From an uncultured Gemmatimonadaceae bacterium (GTDB taxonomy: Bacteria > Gemmatimonadota > Gemmatimonadetes > Longimicrobiales > Gaopeijiaceae), in the NCBI GenBank assembly GCA_964532325.1, contig CAZHGS010000013.1:3396-67395 (forward strand): a stretch of 64,000 nt of DNA, in the 5' to 3' direction. This document shows positions 56,106-64,000 of this stretch, piece after piece; the first letter of the stretch is position 1, and every line of letters begins with the position of its first letter. The notes beneath the pieces were generated by a model that did not search any database, was not told the DNA's origin, and saw only the letters and a list, made by a program, of their open reading frames with translations. Position numbers and translations under genes: made by a program.

Positions 56106-56703
56106 CCCGGACTGCTCCCCACGGCACACGTCGGGAGGCACAGTATCGACGCCACAGAGGGTCGAACGGCTCGCGAACGTGCTGGTCCCGCCGCATCCCG
56201 AGCCGGGAGGCTCGACGCGCGCCGTCTGCGCCTGCACACCGAGACCGACATGGCGGCCACGCGGGTCGCGACGGATCACGAGACGGCTTGGGAACGCAAC
56301 GTCCAAGATGTCCATGAGCAGAATCTCAGCTGCGATGTGATCAGCCCCGATCCGCGCCCGGTGAGCTGCGGTTGATCGGGGTCAAGGGGCTCGCCGTGCC
56401 CGGCGGAAACATCCTTCTTCCGCGAACGAGCGCTGCGTGGCCGACGACCGCCCCGATTGCTACCGGAGGTAGGTCGTGACGAATGGCGGGGACCACCGGG
56501 ATTCACAGGAACCGATCAGAATCCCGCCCGGTTCCCGCGGGAGCGCGTCGGGCGTAGCGCGAGCACTTCCGGAGTGCTGGAAACAACGACATGGCGGGCT
56601 TACGCTGTATCGTCATCGCTCCTCCTGTCCTGAAGCGGCCATGTTGTTGGACGAGAACGATAAGGAGACGTCCCCGGGCCGGTGCTCTTACCCGCGGCGA
56701 GAG

Positions 56704-57567
56704 ATGCAGGCCCGCCGGGCTGCCGAGAAACCCCGGTGTGTCGTATTCGTCTTCGTCAAGGCACCCGTTCCCGGCCGCGTCAAGACCCGCTTGGCCTCAG
56801 CGCTGGGCAACATCGGGGCGGCCCGCCTCTACCGGGCGCTCGCCCGCCGGATCGTCCAGCGGGTGGGAACGGGGGAGTATCGCACGGTCGTCTACTTCGA
56901 CCCTCCCGGGGCCGAGAAAGACATCCGGGAATGGCTGGGAGCGGAATGGGAGTACCGGCCGCAGCCCGGGGGCAACCTAGGCGAGCGGCTCCGCCGGGCC
57001 TTCGCAGTCGGCTTCCGGGAGGCTGACTGCGTCGCGGTCGTCGGGACCGACATCCCGGAGCTGGACGCGCGGGTGGTCGTCCGCGCATTCGATCTGGTGT
57101 CTGGACCCGGGAGTGCCGATGTGGTCTTCGGCCCTGCCCTCGACGGAGGATATTACCTGTTAGCGCTCGACCGGCCAGCACCCGGACTCTTCGAGGGGAT
57201 CGCCTGGAGCACCGGGACGGTCCTCGCGGAGAGCATCCGGAGGGCGGAGGATCTCGGTCTCAATGTCAGGCTTCTCGATCCTCTTGCCGACATCGATCGC
57301 GAGGAGGATCTCACCGGTGAGCTATCAGCCGAGCTTCTCCTCGACTCGCCGGACCCGTCGCAGGATAGCGACGATCCAAGCGAACAGGATAACCCAAGCG
57401 AGCGCATAGGCGATGAAGACGTGCCAGAAATGGCGCATTTCGAGCCGGGTCGCCTCGGGCATCTGGGCGACGAGGCCGCCCGGCGCCAACCAGATGAGCG
57501 CGGTGACGGCCAGTCCGGCCAGGAGCCGCACACATCCGGTCGGCCGCAAGAGCGCCTGCCCTCCTGA
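56704..57567 (+). CDS. DUF2064 protein of the rSAM/selenodomain-associated transferase 1 type (TIGR04282-like), with an acidic C-terminal tail
   Basis: VVFVFVKAPVPGRVKTRLA, GNLGERL, VGTDIPEL, GPALDGGYYLLAL, WSTGTVL. Alternative ATG at 56641. The domain ends near 57300, but the frame stays open to 57567. Confidence 0.7.
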   Translation: MQARRAAEKPRCVVFVFVKAPVPGRVKTRLASALGNIGAARLYRALARRIVQRVGTGEYRTVVYFDPPGAEKDIREWLGAEWEYRPQPGGNLGERLRRAFAVGFREADCVAVVGTDIPELDARVVVRAFDLVSGPGSADVVFGPALDGGYYLLALDRPAPGLFEGIAWSTGTVLAESIRRAEDLGLNVRLLDPLADIDREEDLTGELSAELLLDSPDPSQDSDDPSEQDNPSERIGDEDVPEMAHFEPGRLGHLGDEAARRQPDERGDGQSGQEPHTSGRPQERLPS

Positions 57568-57615
57568 AACTAGCTTCAGCACGTCCATATTCTCCTTGGA
57601 TCGACGGGACCGCAC
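57325..57615 (-). CDS. ccmD: CcmD-like small membrane protein (heme exporter protein D)
   Basis: Directly downstream of ccmC. The C-terminal half MRHFWHVFIAYALAWVILFAWIVAILRRVRRVEEKL has the CcmD pattern (one TM then a basic stretch). The true start may be internal (57465 or 57438). Confidence 0.55.
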   Translation of the reverse strand: MRSRRSKENMDVLKLVSGGQALLRPTGCVRLLAGLAVTALIWLAPGGLVAQMPEATRLEMRHFWHVFIAYALAWVILFAWIVAILRRVRRVEEKLG

Positions 57616-57623
57616 GTGCGGCG

Positions 57624-58313
57624 TCAGCCCCCCTCCAGTACTAGGTTGTCCACCTTCGACTCGAACCGCCCCGCCGTGTACCGAAGGAGGATCAGTGACG
57701 CCAGCAGGATCGTCCAGGCCAGGAGAGCCATCATCAGGGTGATCAGCATATCGGGCGGGAGGGCGGGGCCGTCCTGGCGTGCGACTACCGGCTCCGGGTG
57801 TAGAGAGCGGAACCAGAGTACGCTCACATGGATGAGCGGGATGTTCACTGCGGCCACCAACCCGATCACCGCGGCATACATCTTCCCCTTCTCGGGGTTG
57901 TCCGTCGCGTTACGGACGAGGAGGTAGCCGATGTAGATGAAGAAGGCGAGGAGACTCAGCGTAAGCCGGGGCTCCCAAGTCCACCACGTCCCCCACGCCA
58001 GTCGGGCCCACAGCGGCCCGCTGGTGAGTCCGATCGCAAAGAAGACGATCCCCCCCTCGGCCGCGGCTCGGCCCACCTCGTCGAGCCGGTCGTCACGGAG
58101 CCAGAGATACATCGCGCTACAAAGCGCCACGACGATGAAGGCGAGGAGACCGCTCCACATCCCGGCAACATGGATGTAGAAGATGCGCTGGCTGATCCCG
58201 AGGGTAGCCTCAGTTGAGACCCAGAAGAAGACCATCCAGTGAAATACGAGGGTCAGCGCGACGCCGAGGATACCGAGCGCGAGCGCGCTCCAGCGAATCG
58301 AGCTGAGCGTCAT
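57624..58313 (-). CDS. ccmC: Heme exporter protein C
   Basis: ATG 58313 (1-nt overlap with the ccmB stop). W-rich motif WARLAWGTWWTWEPRL and conserved His residues (FYIHVA, IHVSVLWF). The track ORF is over-extended to 59150. Confidence 0.9.
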   Translation of the reverse strand: MTLSSIRWSALALGILGVALTLVFHWMVFFWVSTEATLGISQRIFYIHVAGMWSGLLAFIVVALCSAMYLWLRDDRLDEVGRAAAEGGIVFFAIGLTSGPLWARLAWGTWWTWEPRLTLSLLAFFIYIGYLLVRNATDNPEKGKMYAAVIGLVAAVNIPLIHVSVLWFRSLHPEPVVARQDGPALPPDMLITLMMALLAWTILLASLILLRYTAGRFESKVDNLVLEGG

Positions 58314-58993
58314 TATTCCTCCACGATGTAACGGAAGAGCGCCATCCCGCACGCGAGGGCGAGGAGCGAAAACGCCGCCAAGAGCCTCAAACTGCCATAA
58401 ACCGTTGTGGCAGGAAAGCCCGCAAGGAGCGTCGATGTCGCGGACGCGCCGAAGACCACCAGGGGGACGAGGAGGGGGAAGAGGAGCACCGGAAGGAGCG
58501 TCTCGCCCATCCGGGTGCCAGCCGTGATTCCGCTGAAGAGCGTGCCCAGCGAGACGAACCCGACTGTGCCGAGACCGAGAACGGCCGCGACCGGCAGGCC
58601 GTTGGGGATGAAGTTGACCTGGAAGAAGAGCGCGACGGCGAAGAGCGCGATCACCTCCACGGCTGCTAGAAGGACGCAGTTGGCCACCACCTTCCCGAGA
58701 AAGAGCGCGTCCCTCCGGACCGGGGCCACGAGCAGACCCTGCATCGCCCCGTCTTCCTTCTCGAGCTCGAATGTGCGGCCAAGCCCGAGGAGCCCGCCGA
58801 GCACGATGATCATCCAGATGAGCGCCGAGGCCAGGTCCTGCGGGCTCACGACCGTCCAGTCCACCGCATAGTTGAAGAGGAGGGCGCTCAGGACGACGAA
58901 GGCGGTCATCGACGCGAAGCGCTCGCGGGTGCGGAACTCGACCCGCAGGTCCTTGGCTGCGAGTGCCCGGACTTCCGCGAGGTAGCTTCTCAC
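58313..58993 (-). CDS. ccmB: Heme exporter protein B
   Basis: Six TM segments, FRTRERF and L.APV.R..LFLGK-like blocks. GTGA overlap with ccmA. Confidence 0.85.
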   Translation of the reverse strand: MRSYLAEVRALAAKDLRVEFRTRERFASMTAFVVLSALLFNYAVDWTVVSPQDLASALIWMIIVLGGLLGLGRTFELEKEDGAMQGLLVAPVRRDALFLGKVVANCVLLAAVEVIALFAVALFFQVNFIPNGLPVAAVLGLGTVGFVSLGTLFSGITAGTRMGETLLPVLLFPLLVPLVVFGASATSTLLAGFPATTVYGSLRLLAAFSLLALACGMALFRYIVEE

Positions 58994-59790
58994 CGGACGC
59001 CGACCGCGCCTTCCCGCTCCGTGTCCTGGCGGAGCGAGGATCCGGCCGGCCCGCCGCCATCCGACCCGGAGGACGGACCGGTGGGACGCTCCACGGCATC
59101 CCGGTAGAAGCGCTCCTCATCACCCGCGGGGATCTCGGACGGATCGCCAAGAAATGCGAATCGGCCGTGGTGCTGGATCGCCACCCGGTCGGAGAGGGCG
59201 AGGCCCTCGGAGAGGTTGTGGGTCACTAGGATCACCGTCCGCCGACCATCCTTCAGCCGGGCTAGGACATCTCTCAGGAGCGCGGACGCGTGTATGTCGA
59301 GTCCGGTGAACGGCTCGTCGAGGAAGATGAGCGCCGGGTCGTGAAGCAGCGTTCGCGCCAGCGCGAGCCGCTGGCGCATCCCCCGGGAGTATTCCCGGAC
59401 CCACCGATCCGCCGCCGCTTCGAGCCCCACCCCGGCGAGACTCGCCTCGATCCGCTCGGCGAGGTCGGCAAGACCGTAGATCCGGCCGAAAAAGGTCAGG
59501 TTCTCCCGGGCCGTGAGTGCGCCGTAAAGCCAGGTGCGGTGGGAGAGAACCCCGATCTCCCGCCGCCACTCCGTCGCCCCGGCGTCGCGGAGCTCTCCCC
59601 GGAACCGGATCTCGCCCGCCTGTGGCCGGAGCGATCCGCCGAGGAGGCCGAGCAGCGTGCTCTTGCCCGCCCCGTTCGGACCGAGCACGGTGAGCAGCTT
59701 GCCCTCGTCGAGGGAGAAGGAAATCCCGTCGACGGCCCGGATCGGGCCGAAAGTGCGGACGAGGCCCCGGGCCTCGAGGAGCGGCTCCAC
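58990..59790 (-). CDS. ccmA: Heme ABC exporter ATP-binding protein, with about 50-aa C-terminal extension
   Basis: GPNGAGKSTLL Walker A, SRGMRQRLALARTL signature region, IFLDEPFTGLD Walker B. Position in the ccm cluster. Confidence 0.85.
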   Translation of the reverse strand: MEPLLEARGLVRTFGPIRAVDGISFSLDEGKLLTVLGPNGAGKSTLLGLLGGSLRPQAGEIRFRGELRDAGATEWRREIGVLSHRTWLYGALTARENLTFFGRIYGLADLAERIEASLAGVGLEAAADRWVREYSRGMRQRLALARTLLHDPALIFLDEPFTGLDIHASALLRDVLARLKDGRRTVILVTHNLSEGLALSDRVAIQHHGRFAFLGDPSEIPAGDEERFYRDAVERPTGPSSGSDGGGPAGSSLRQDTEREGAVGVR

Positions 59791-59793
59791 GCC

Positions 59794-60309
59794 TCAGCCA
59801 CTCCCGACAGACCCGCGAACGGCCCGATCTGCGGGCGACCCCGGAACCGGGAGCCTCGAGCCGCAGTCCCCGCAGTAGCGGCTGCCCTTCGGATTCGGAC
59901 TCCCGCACTGGGGACAGATGACACCAGCACGGATCGAGTCCCGCAGCGCGGCAATCTCCGCCTCGAGAGCGGCCCTTGCCCCCGGAGGCGGCTCTCCCTC
60001 CTCCCGCTCCGGGTCCGCGGGCTCCGCGTGGCGCGCCAGCCACTCGGCTTCCTCCTCGTCGATCGCCCTGAGCGCCTCGGCCGAGATCTCCTGCTTCAGA
60101 CGCCCATAGTCCGCCGCGTCGAGCTTTCCGGCATGGAAGTCGTACTCGACATCCCTCAGCGCGAGAAGCGCCACATTCCGCCGGTGCTGCGCCTCGGTCA
60201 GTTCCTCCTCGTCCCACTCCATCTGGGCCTCAAGTCCAGAAACGATCGGGTAGAGGACGAAGACGACCATCGCCAGAGCGAGGATCACGCCCGGAACGAG
60301 AGCGCTCAT
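59794..60309 (-). CDS. Membrane-anchored coiled-coil protein with CcmI-N-like segment and C-terminal zinc ribbon
   Basis: ATGA overlap with the ccmF stop; its own stop lies 3 nt before ccmA. N-terminal TM (GVILALAMVVFVLYPIV). HRRNVALLALRDVEYDFHAGKLDAADYGRLKQE resembles the CcmI N-terminal region. CPQCGSPNPKGSRYCGDCG is a CxxC-x10-CxxC ribbon. Confidence 0.65.
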   Translation of the reverse strand: MSALVPGVILALAMVVFVLYPIVSGLEAQMEWDEEELTEAQHRRNVALLALRDVEYDFHAGKLDAADYGRLKQEISAEALRAIDEEEAEWLARHAEPADPEREEGEPPPGARAALEAEIAALRDSIRAGVICPQCGSPNPKGSRYCGDCGSRLPVPGSPADRAVRGSVGSG

Positions 60310-62393
60310 CCCAGCGTCGCGGCAGCGTCCGATCGCGGGGTGGGGGCGGGGGTGGAGGTGTCCCGTCGCTGGCTCCCGGAGCCGAGCCGGCTTGTCCGGG
60401 TGGGGACGCCCGCGCCGGGCCAGAGTCCGATCAGCGCGCCGGCGGCGATCACGAGTCCGCCGTACCAGATCCAGGGGACGAGCGGATTGATCTGGAACTG
60501 GAAGGTGGCCCGCTGGAACTCCGGTTCATTGCTTCCCAGAAGCACTTCGTCGTCGACCGTGGCCAGGATCAGGTAGAGGTCCTCGACAAACGTCGAGCGG
60601 ATCCCCACCTCGCTGATCGGCTGCGGTGGCGAGACGGCGAGGTTCAGCTGGCGCTGGGTCGTGATCGAGCCTGCGGGCACCCCATCCTTCTCGACCGAGA
60701 AGAGCGCGATCGCCTGCCGCATGCTCGGGACGAGCGTCGTCGAGAGCCCCTGGTAGGTGAGGACATACTCGTGTCCGAAGGGGGAGTCCACCGCGACGCT
60801 GTCGCCCGGTACCATGCTCTGGCGTACCTCGCGGTTGAAAGCGCTCCCGGCAAAGCCCATGAACATGACGACGACGCCCACGTGCACGATGTAGCCGCCC
60901 CAGCGGCGACGGTTTCGCCTGACGAGATGCACGAATGCGGTGAACGCGTTCTCCCGCTCGATCCGGGCCCGTGCCCGTGTCCCCTTCCAGAACTCGACGA
61001 CGATGACCGTGAGCACGAATGCGCCGATCGAGAAGGTGAGAAGGGCGTAGGGGTGGCGCACTCCCGCAGAGAAGAGCACGGCCGCCGTGGAGACGAAGAC
61101 CGCGACGGGCAGGAGGAAGTTCTTCTTCAGGTTCCGCGCGCTCGCCTTCCGCCACGCGATCACGGGACCGATCCCCATCAAGGCGAGGAGGATGAGGCCG
61201 ATCGGGATGTTGACCTGATTGAAGAAGGGCGGTCCGACAGCCACCTTCGAGCCGGTGAGCCCTTCGGTCAGGAGGGGGAACATCGTGCCCCAGATCACCG
61301 CGAAGGCGGCACCGAGAAGAACGAGATTGTTCAGCAGGAAGGCAGATTCCCTCGAGAGGGCCGACTCGAACTGCCGCTCGCTCACGAGCACCGGGTAGCG
61401 CCAGACGATAAGGACGAGGCAGACGGCGCCCGTGATCCCCATGCACCCGAGGAAGATCCACGCGATCGTGAGGTTCTGGGCGAAGGAGTGGACGGACTCG
61501 ATCAGCCCGGACCGGGTCAGGAAGGTCGCGAAGATCGTCATGAGAAAGGTCAGGAGCACGAGCCCCATGTTCCAGACCTTGAGCATCCCCCTGCTCTCCT
61601 GGATCATCACCGAGTGCAGGAAGGCGGTGGCCACGAGCCAGGGAAGCAGCGAGGCGTTCTCGACCGGATCCCAGAACCAGAACCCGCCCCAACCGAGCTC
61701 CTCGTACGCCCACCGCATCCCGAAGATGATGGCGAGGGTGAGGAAGAACCAGCTTGTGAGGATCCACTTGCGGGTCGCCTGGATCCAGCGAGCGTCCAGC
61801 CGTCCGACCATGAGCGCGCTGATCGCGAAGGCGAATGGCACGTTGAACGAGGTGAACCCGACGTACATCGTCGGCGGGTGGATCGTCATCCAGTAGTTCT
61901 GGAGCTGCGGATTCAGGCCCCGCCCGTCGGCGGGCGTGAAGCCGAGCTGCTCGAACGGCGGGGTGACGAAGAGGGAGATCGAGATGAAAAAGCCGATGAA
62001 CGCCAAGAGAACCCCGTTCATGTACGGCATGAGGTCGCGGTTACGCGAACGGTTCATCCACACCGCGAGCGAGGAGAAAAGGCTCAGGTTCAGCCCCCAG
62101 AAGAGGAGCGAGCCCCGCTGGCCGGCCCAGAGTCCGGCGAACTTGAAGAACGGGTGGAGATTCGTGCTCGAGTAGTTGTACACGTACCAGTACTGGAACT
62201 GGTCGCGCATGAAGGCGGTGATGATCCCAATCGACGCGATCACGAAGAGGATCGAGATCGCGTATGTGCTGCGCTCGGCCGAGAGGACGAGGTCGCCCCG
62301 GTTCCAGCGCCCGCCCAGGAAGGCGAGCACGCAACCCCAAATTGATATGGGCAGGGCGATCCAGAGTGCGAACTCGCCCAGCGCGGGGATCAC
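60306..62393 (-). CDS. ccmF: Cytochrome c heme lyase subunit CcmF
   Basis: 695 aa and polytopic. WWD motif WGGFWFWDPVENASLLPWL. Conserved His residues flank it. Confidence 0.9.
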   Translation of the reverse strand: MIPALGEFALWIALPISIWGCVLAFLGGRWNRGDLVLSAERSTYAISILFVIASIGIITAFMRDQFQYWYVYNYSSTNLHPFFKFAGLWAGQRGSLLFWGLNLSLFSSLAVWMNRSRNRDLMPYMNGVLLAFIGFFISISLFVTPPFEQLGFTPADGRGLNPQLQNYWMTIHPPTMYVGFTSFNVPFAFAISALMVGRLDARWIQATRKWILTSWFFLTLAIIFGMRWAYEELGWGGFWFWDPVENASLLPWLVATAFLHSVMIQESRGMLKVWNMGLVLLTFLMTIFATFLTRSGLIESVHSFAQNLTIAWIFLGCMGITGAVCLVLIVWRYPVLVSERQFESALSRESAFLLNNLVLLGAAFAVIWGTMFPLLTEGLTGSKVAVGPPFFNQVNIPIGLILLALMGIGPVIAWRKASARNLKKNFLLPVAVFVSTAAVLFSAGVRHPYALLTFSIGAFVLTVIVVEFWKGTRARARIERENAFTAFVHLVRRNRRRWGGYIVHVGVVVMFMGFAGSAFNREVRQSMVPGDSVAVDSPFGHEYVLTYQGLSTTLVPSMRQAIALFSVEKDGVPAGSITTQRQLNLAVSPPQPISEVGIRSTFVEDLYLILATVDDEVLLGSNEPEFQRATFQFQINPLVPWIWYGGLVIAAGALIGLWPGAGVPTRTSRLGSGSQRRDTSTPAPTPRSDAAATLG

Positions 62394-62860
62394 CCGATCA
62401 ACCCCCCGTATCCGGCGCCGGCGCCGGCCTGCTGCGGCATCTCGGGCATCGCCTCATAGCGCGAGCCGCACTTCGTGAGCACCTCGGTGGCCTCGAAGAC
62501 TCCATCGGGTCGGTAGCGTCCCTGCATCACGACCTCGACCTCGACCTCGCCCGAGTCGTCGAAGGTGTCCGGGAGCGGATGGCGGAATTCGACGGCCATC
62601 CGGACGGAGGTGTCGTCCGGATCCTCCACGACGAAGGTGTGCAGCAGCTCGTCGGTCGAGTTCGCGTAGCTTCCCGGAACCAGCATCCCGCTGACCTTGA
62701 CCCCCTGGTCGCGCGTTTCGGGACTCAACTCGACGCGCGCGAGGAGCTCGGCGGGGGTCAGATAGTAGACCATCGTGTCGGAGATCCCCGTGTAAATCAG
62801 GTAGCTGACCACCGCAGCCACACCGACCAGACCAGCAAAGAACCTGCGATCTCTACGCAT
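62390..62860 (-). CDS. ccmE: Heme chaperone CcmE, CxxxY variant
   Basis: ATG 62860. N-terminal anchor (FFAGLVGVAAVVSYLIY), YYLTPAEL, OB-fold-like core. C-terminal LTKCGSRYEAMPE has Cys where canonical CcmE has the heme-binding His of HxxxY. Confidence 0.85.
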   Translation of the reverse strand: MRRDRRFFAGLVGVAAVVSYLIYTGISDTMVYYLTPAELLARVELSPETRDQGVKVSGMLVPGSYANSTDELLHTFVVEDPDDTSVRMAVEFRHPLPDTFDDSGEVEVEVVMQGRYRPDGVFEATEVLTKCGSRYEAMPEMPQQAGAGAGYGGLIG

Positions 62861-62933
62861 GGGACACTCCTCGGAAGGATCCGCGCGCCATCGGGTTCGA
62901 GCACGGGGAAAATACGGGGTCGCCGACCGCCGC

Positions 62934-64000
62934 TCAAGCCGACCCGGACGGGCCTTCGCCAGCGGGGACCGGCACCCCTGCGAAACGCCTCGCCGCACGG
63001 ACGGCGCGCCGCCAGCCGGCGAGAAGCCCTGCCCTCTCGTTCTTCCCCATTCCGGGAAGAAAGGTCCGCCCTTCCCGCCGGCGCGCGAGGAAGTCTCCGG
63101 GGCGCCAGAGCCCGGCGCTGAGCCCCGCAAGCCCGGCCGCGCCGAGGACTGTCGTCTCGGCCGTCGCCGGCCGGCGCACCGGGATGCCGAGGACATCTGC
63201 CTGGAATCCCATGAGCCAGTCGTTGCCGGAAGCGCCGCCGTCGACACGCAGCTCCGTCGCCTCCCGTCCGCAGTCGAGCGCCATCGCCTCCAGGACCTCG
63301 ACCGTGCCGTAGGCCATCGCCTCCAAAGCGGCCCGGGCGATGTGCGCCGGGGTCGTGCCGCGCGTCAGGCCGAGGATCGCACCCCGGACCTCCGGATCCC
63401 AGTGCGGCGCGCCGAGTCCGACGAAGGCAGGCACGAAGTAGACGCCCTCGTTCGTGGCAAGCGACCGGGCCATCGCCGCCGACTCCGCCGCCGAGCCGAG
63501 GAGGCCGAGCCTGTCGCGCAGCCATTGGAGCGCCGCGCCCGCGATGAAAATGGAGCCCTCGAGCGCGAAGGCCCGCCCGCCCGTCGGGCTGCAGGCGGCC
63601 GTCGAGAGGAGCCCGTGGCCCGACCGGGCTCTCTCGTTTCCGGTATGGAGGAGAAGGAACGCCCCCGTTCCGTAGGTATTCTTCGCGAGCCCGGCCTCCC
63701 AGCACCCCTGTCCGAAGAGCGCCGCCTGCTGGTCACCGGCGATCCCCGTGATCGGCGCCTCGATCCCGAGGAGGCCGCCGTCAGCGACGCCGAAGTCGCC
63801 GGCGCTCGGCCGGATCTCGGGGAGGAGAGCCGCCGGTACGCCGAAGAGCGCCAGCAGCTCCTCGTCCCAGGCACCCCGATCGAGGTCGCAGAGGAGAGTG
63901 CGCGACGCATTCGTGGGATCGGTCGCGTGTACGCGGCCACGGGTGAGCGCGTGTACGAGCCAAGTATCGATCGTTCCCGCAGCCAGGTCTCCGGACTCCG
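62934..64000 (-). CDS. glpK: Glycerol kinase (5' end outside window)
   Basis: My own translation shows the frame open from 64000 down to the stop at 62934. GTIDTWL, ITGIAGDQQAALFGQGC, KNTYGTGAFLL, EGSIFIAGAALQWLRD, VYFVPAFVGLGAPHWD, LRVDGGAS. The track only lists the part after an internal Met (62934..63473). Confidence 0.9.
   Translation of the reverse strand, partial: ESGDLAAGTIDTWLVHALTRGRVHATDPTNASRTLLCDLDRGAWDEELLALFGVPAALLPEIRPSAGDFGVADGGLLGIEAPITGIAGDQQAALFGQGCWEAGLAKNTYGTGAFLLLHTGNERARSGHGLLSTAACSPTGGRAFALEGSIFIAGAALQWLRDRLGLLGSAAESAAMARSLATNEGVYFVPAFVGLGAPHWDPEVRGAILGLTRGTTPAHIARAALEAMAYGTVEVLEAMALDCGREATELRVDGGASGNDWLMGFQADVLGIPVRRPATAETTVLGAAGLAGLSAGLWRPGDFLARRREGRTFLPGMGKNERAGLLAGWRRAVRAARRFAGVPVPAGEGPSGSA

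Noticed and set aside
63365-63940. 191-aa minus-strand ORF and other ORFs at the right edge.
   Set aside because: They are wrong-frame shadows of glpK. The frame of 62934..63473 continues without a stop to base 64000 and encodes canonical GlpK motifs.
1-64000. Looked for CRISPR arrays, transposases, integrases, phage genes, toxin-antitoxin pairs, defence-system hallmarks and rRNA.
   Set aside because: No spaced direct repeats were seen. No DDE/serine/tyrosine recombinase or nuclease/helicase defence-type motifs appear in any credible ORF. The tRNA-Gln has no adjacent integrase or direct repeat of its 3' end.

Overview
High-GC bacterial chromosomal segment. The gene content suggests a Gram-negative, possibly Gemmatimonadota- or Acidobacteriota-like organism, but that is a weak inference. 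All homology calls come from motifs I recognise by eye; no searches were run. I support 53 CDS (two truncated by the window edges), one tRNA-Gln, four hairpin terminator/leader structures, one promoter-like element, one metalloregulator-type operator and two small repeats. I saw no rRNA, CRISPR array, transposase or integrase. Layout: (a) 1-29 kb is accessory-looking and rich in exported redox enzymes. It holds a tandemly duplicated two-gene cassette (heme-c-fused PHM/DBH-like copper monooxygenase plus a conserved secreted partner) with a third paralog at 15.3 kb. It also holds two TAT-signal phosphatases, fabH, three PQQ/GSDH-type dehydrogenases, a stand-alone CuA-type cupredoxin, a DUF5916-type protein, mtnA, an MBL hydrolase, a beta-propeller/diheme cytochrome pair and a TonB-dependent receptor. 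(b) 29.5-33.6 kb is an ABC-3 metal importer whose two permeases both carry C-terminal winged-helix tails, preceded by an AT-rich DtxR/IdeR-like double palindrome. (c) 33.7-53 kb is housekeeping: murB, proC, tRNA-Gln, ispE, pdxJ, hflX, rarA, cca, alaS, recA. (d) 53-57.5 kb is a MerA-like flavoprotein, a TVP38/DedA protein and two rSAM/selenodomain-associated-type transferases. (e) 57.3-62.9 kb is a variant System I cytochrome c maturation cluster, ccmE(CxxxY)-ccmF-zinc-ribbon gene-ccmABCD, followed by glpK running off the window. The best candidate for an uncharacterised system is the duplicated monooxygenase/partner cassette. The wHTH-tailed permeases with their operator, and the variant ccm cluster with its inserted zinc-ribbon gene, come next. 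Many long ORFs in the track are antisense shadows of real genes, as expected at this GC content, and were rejected.
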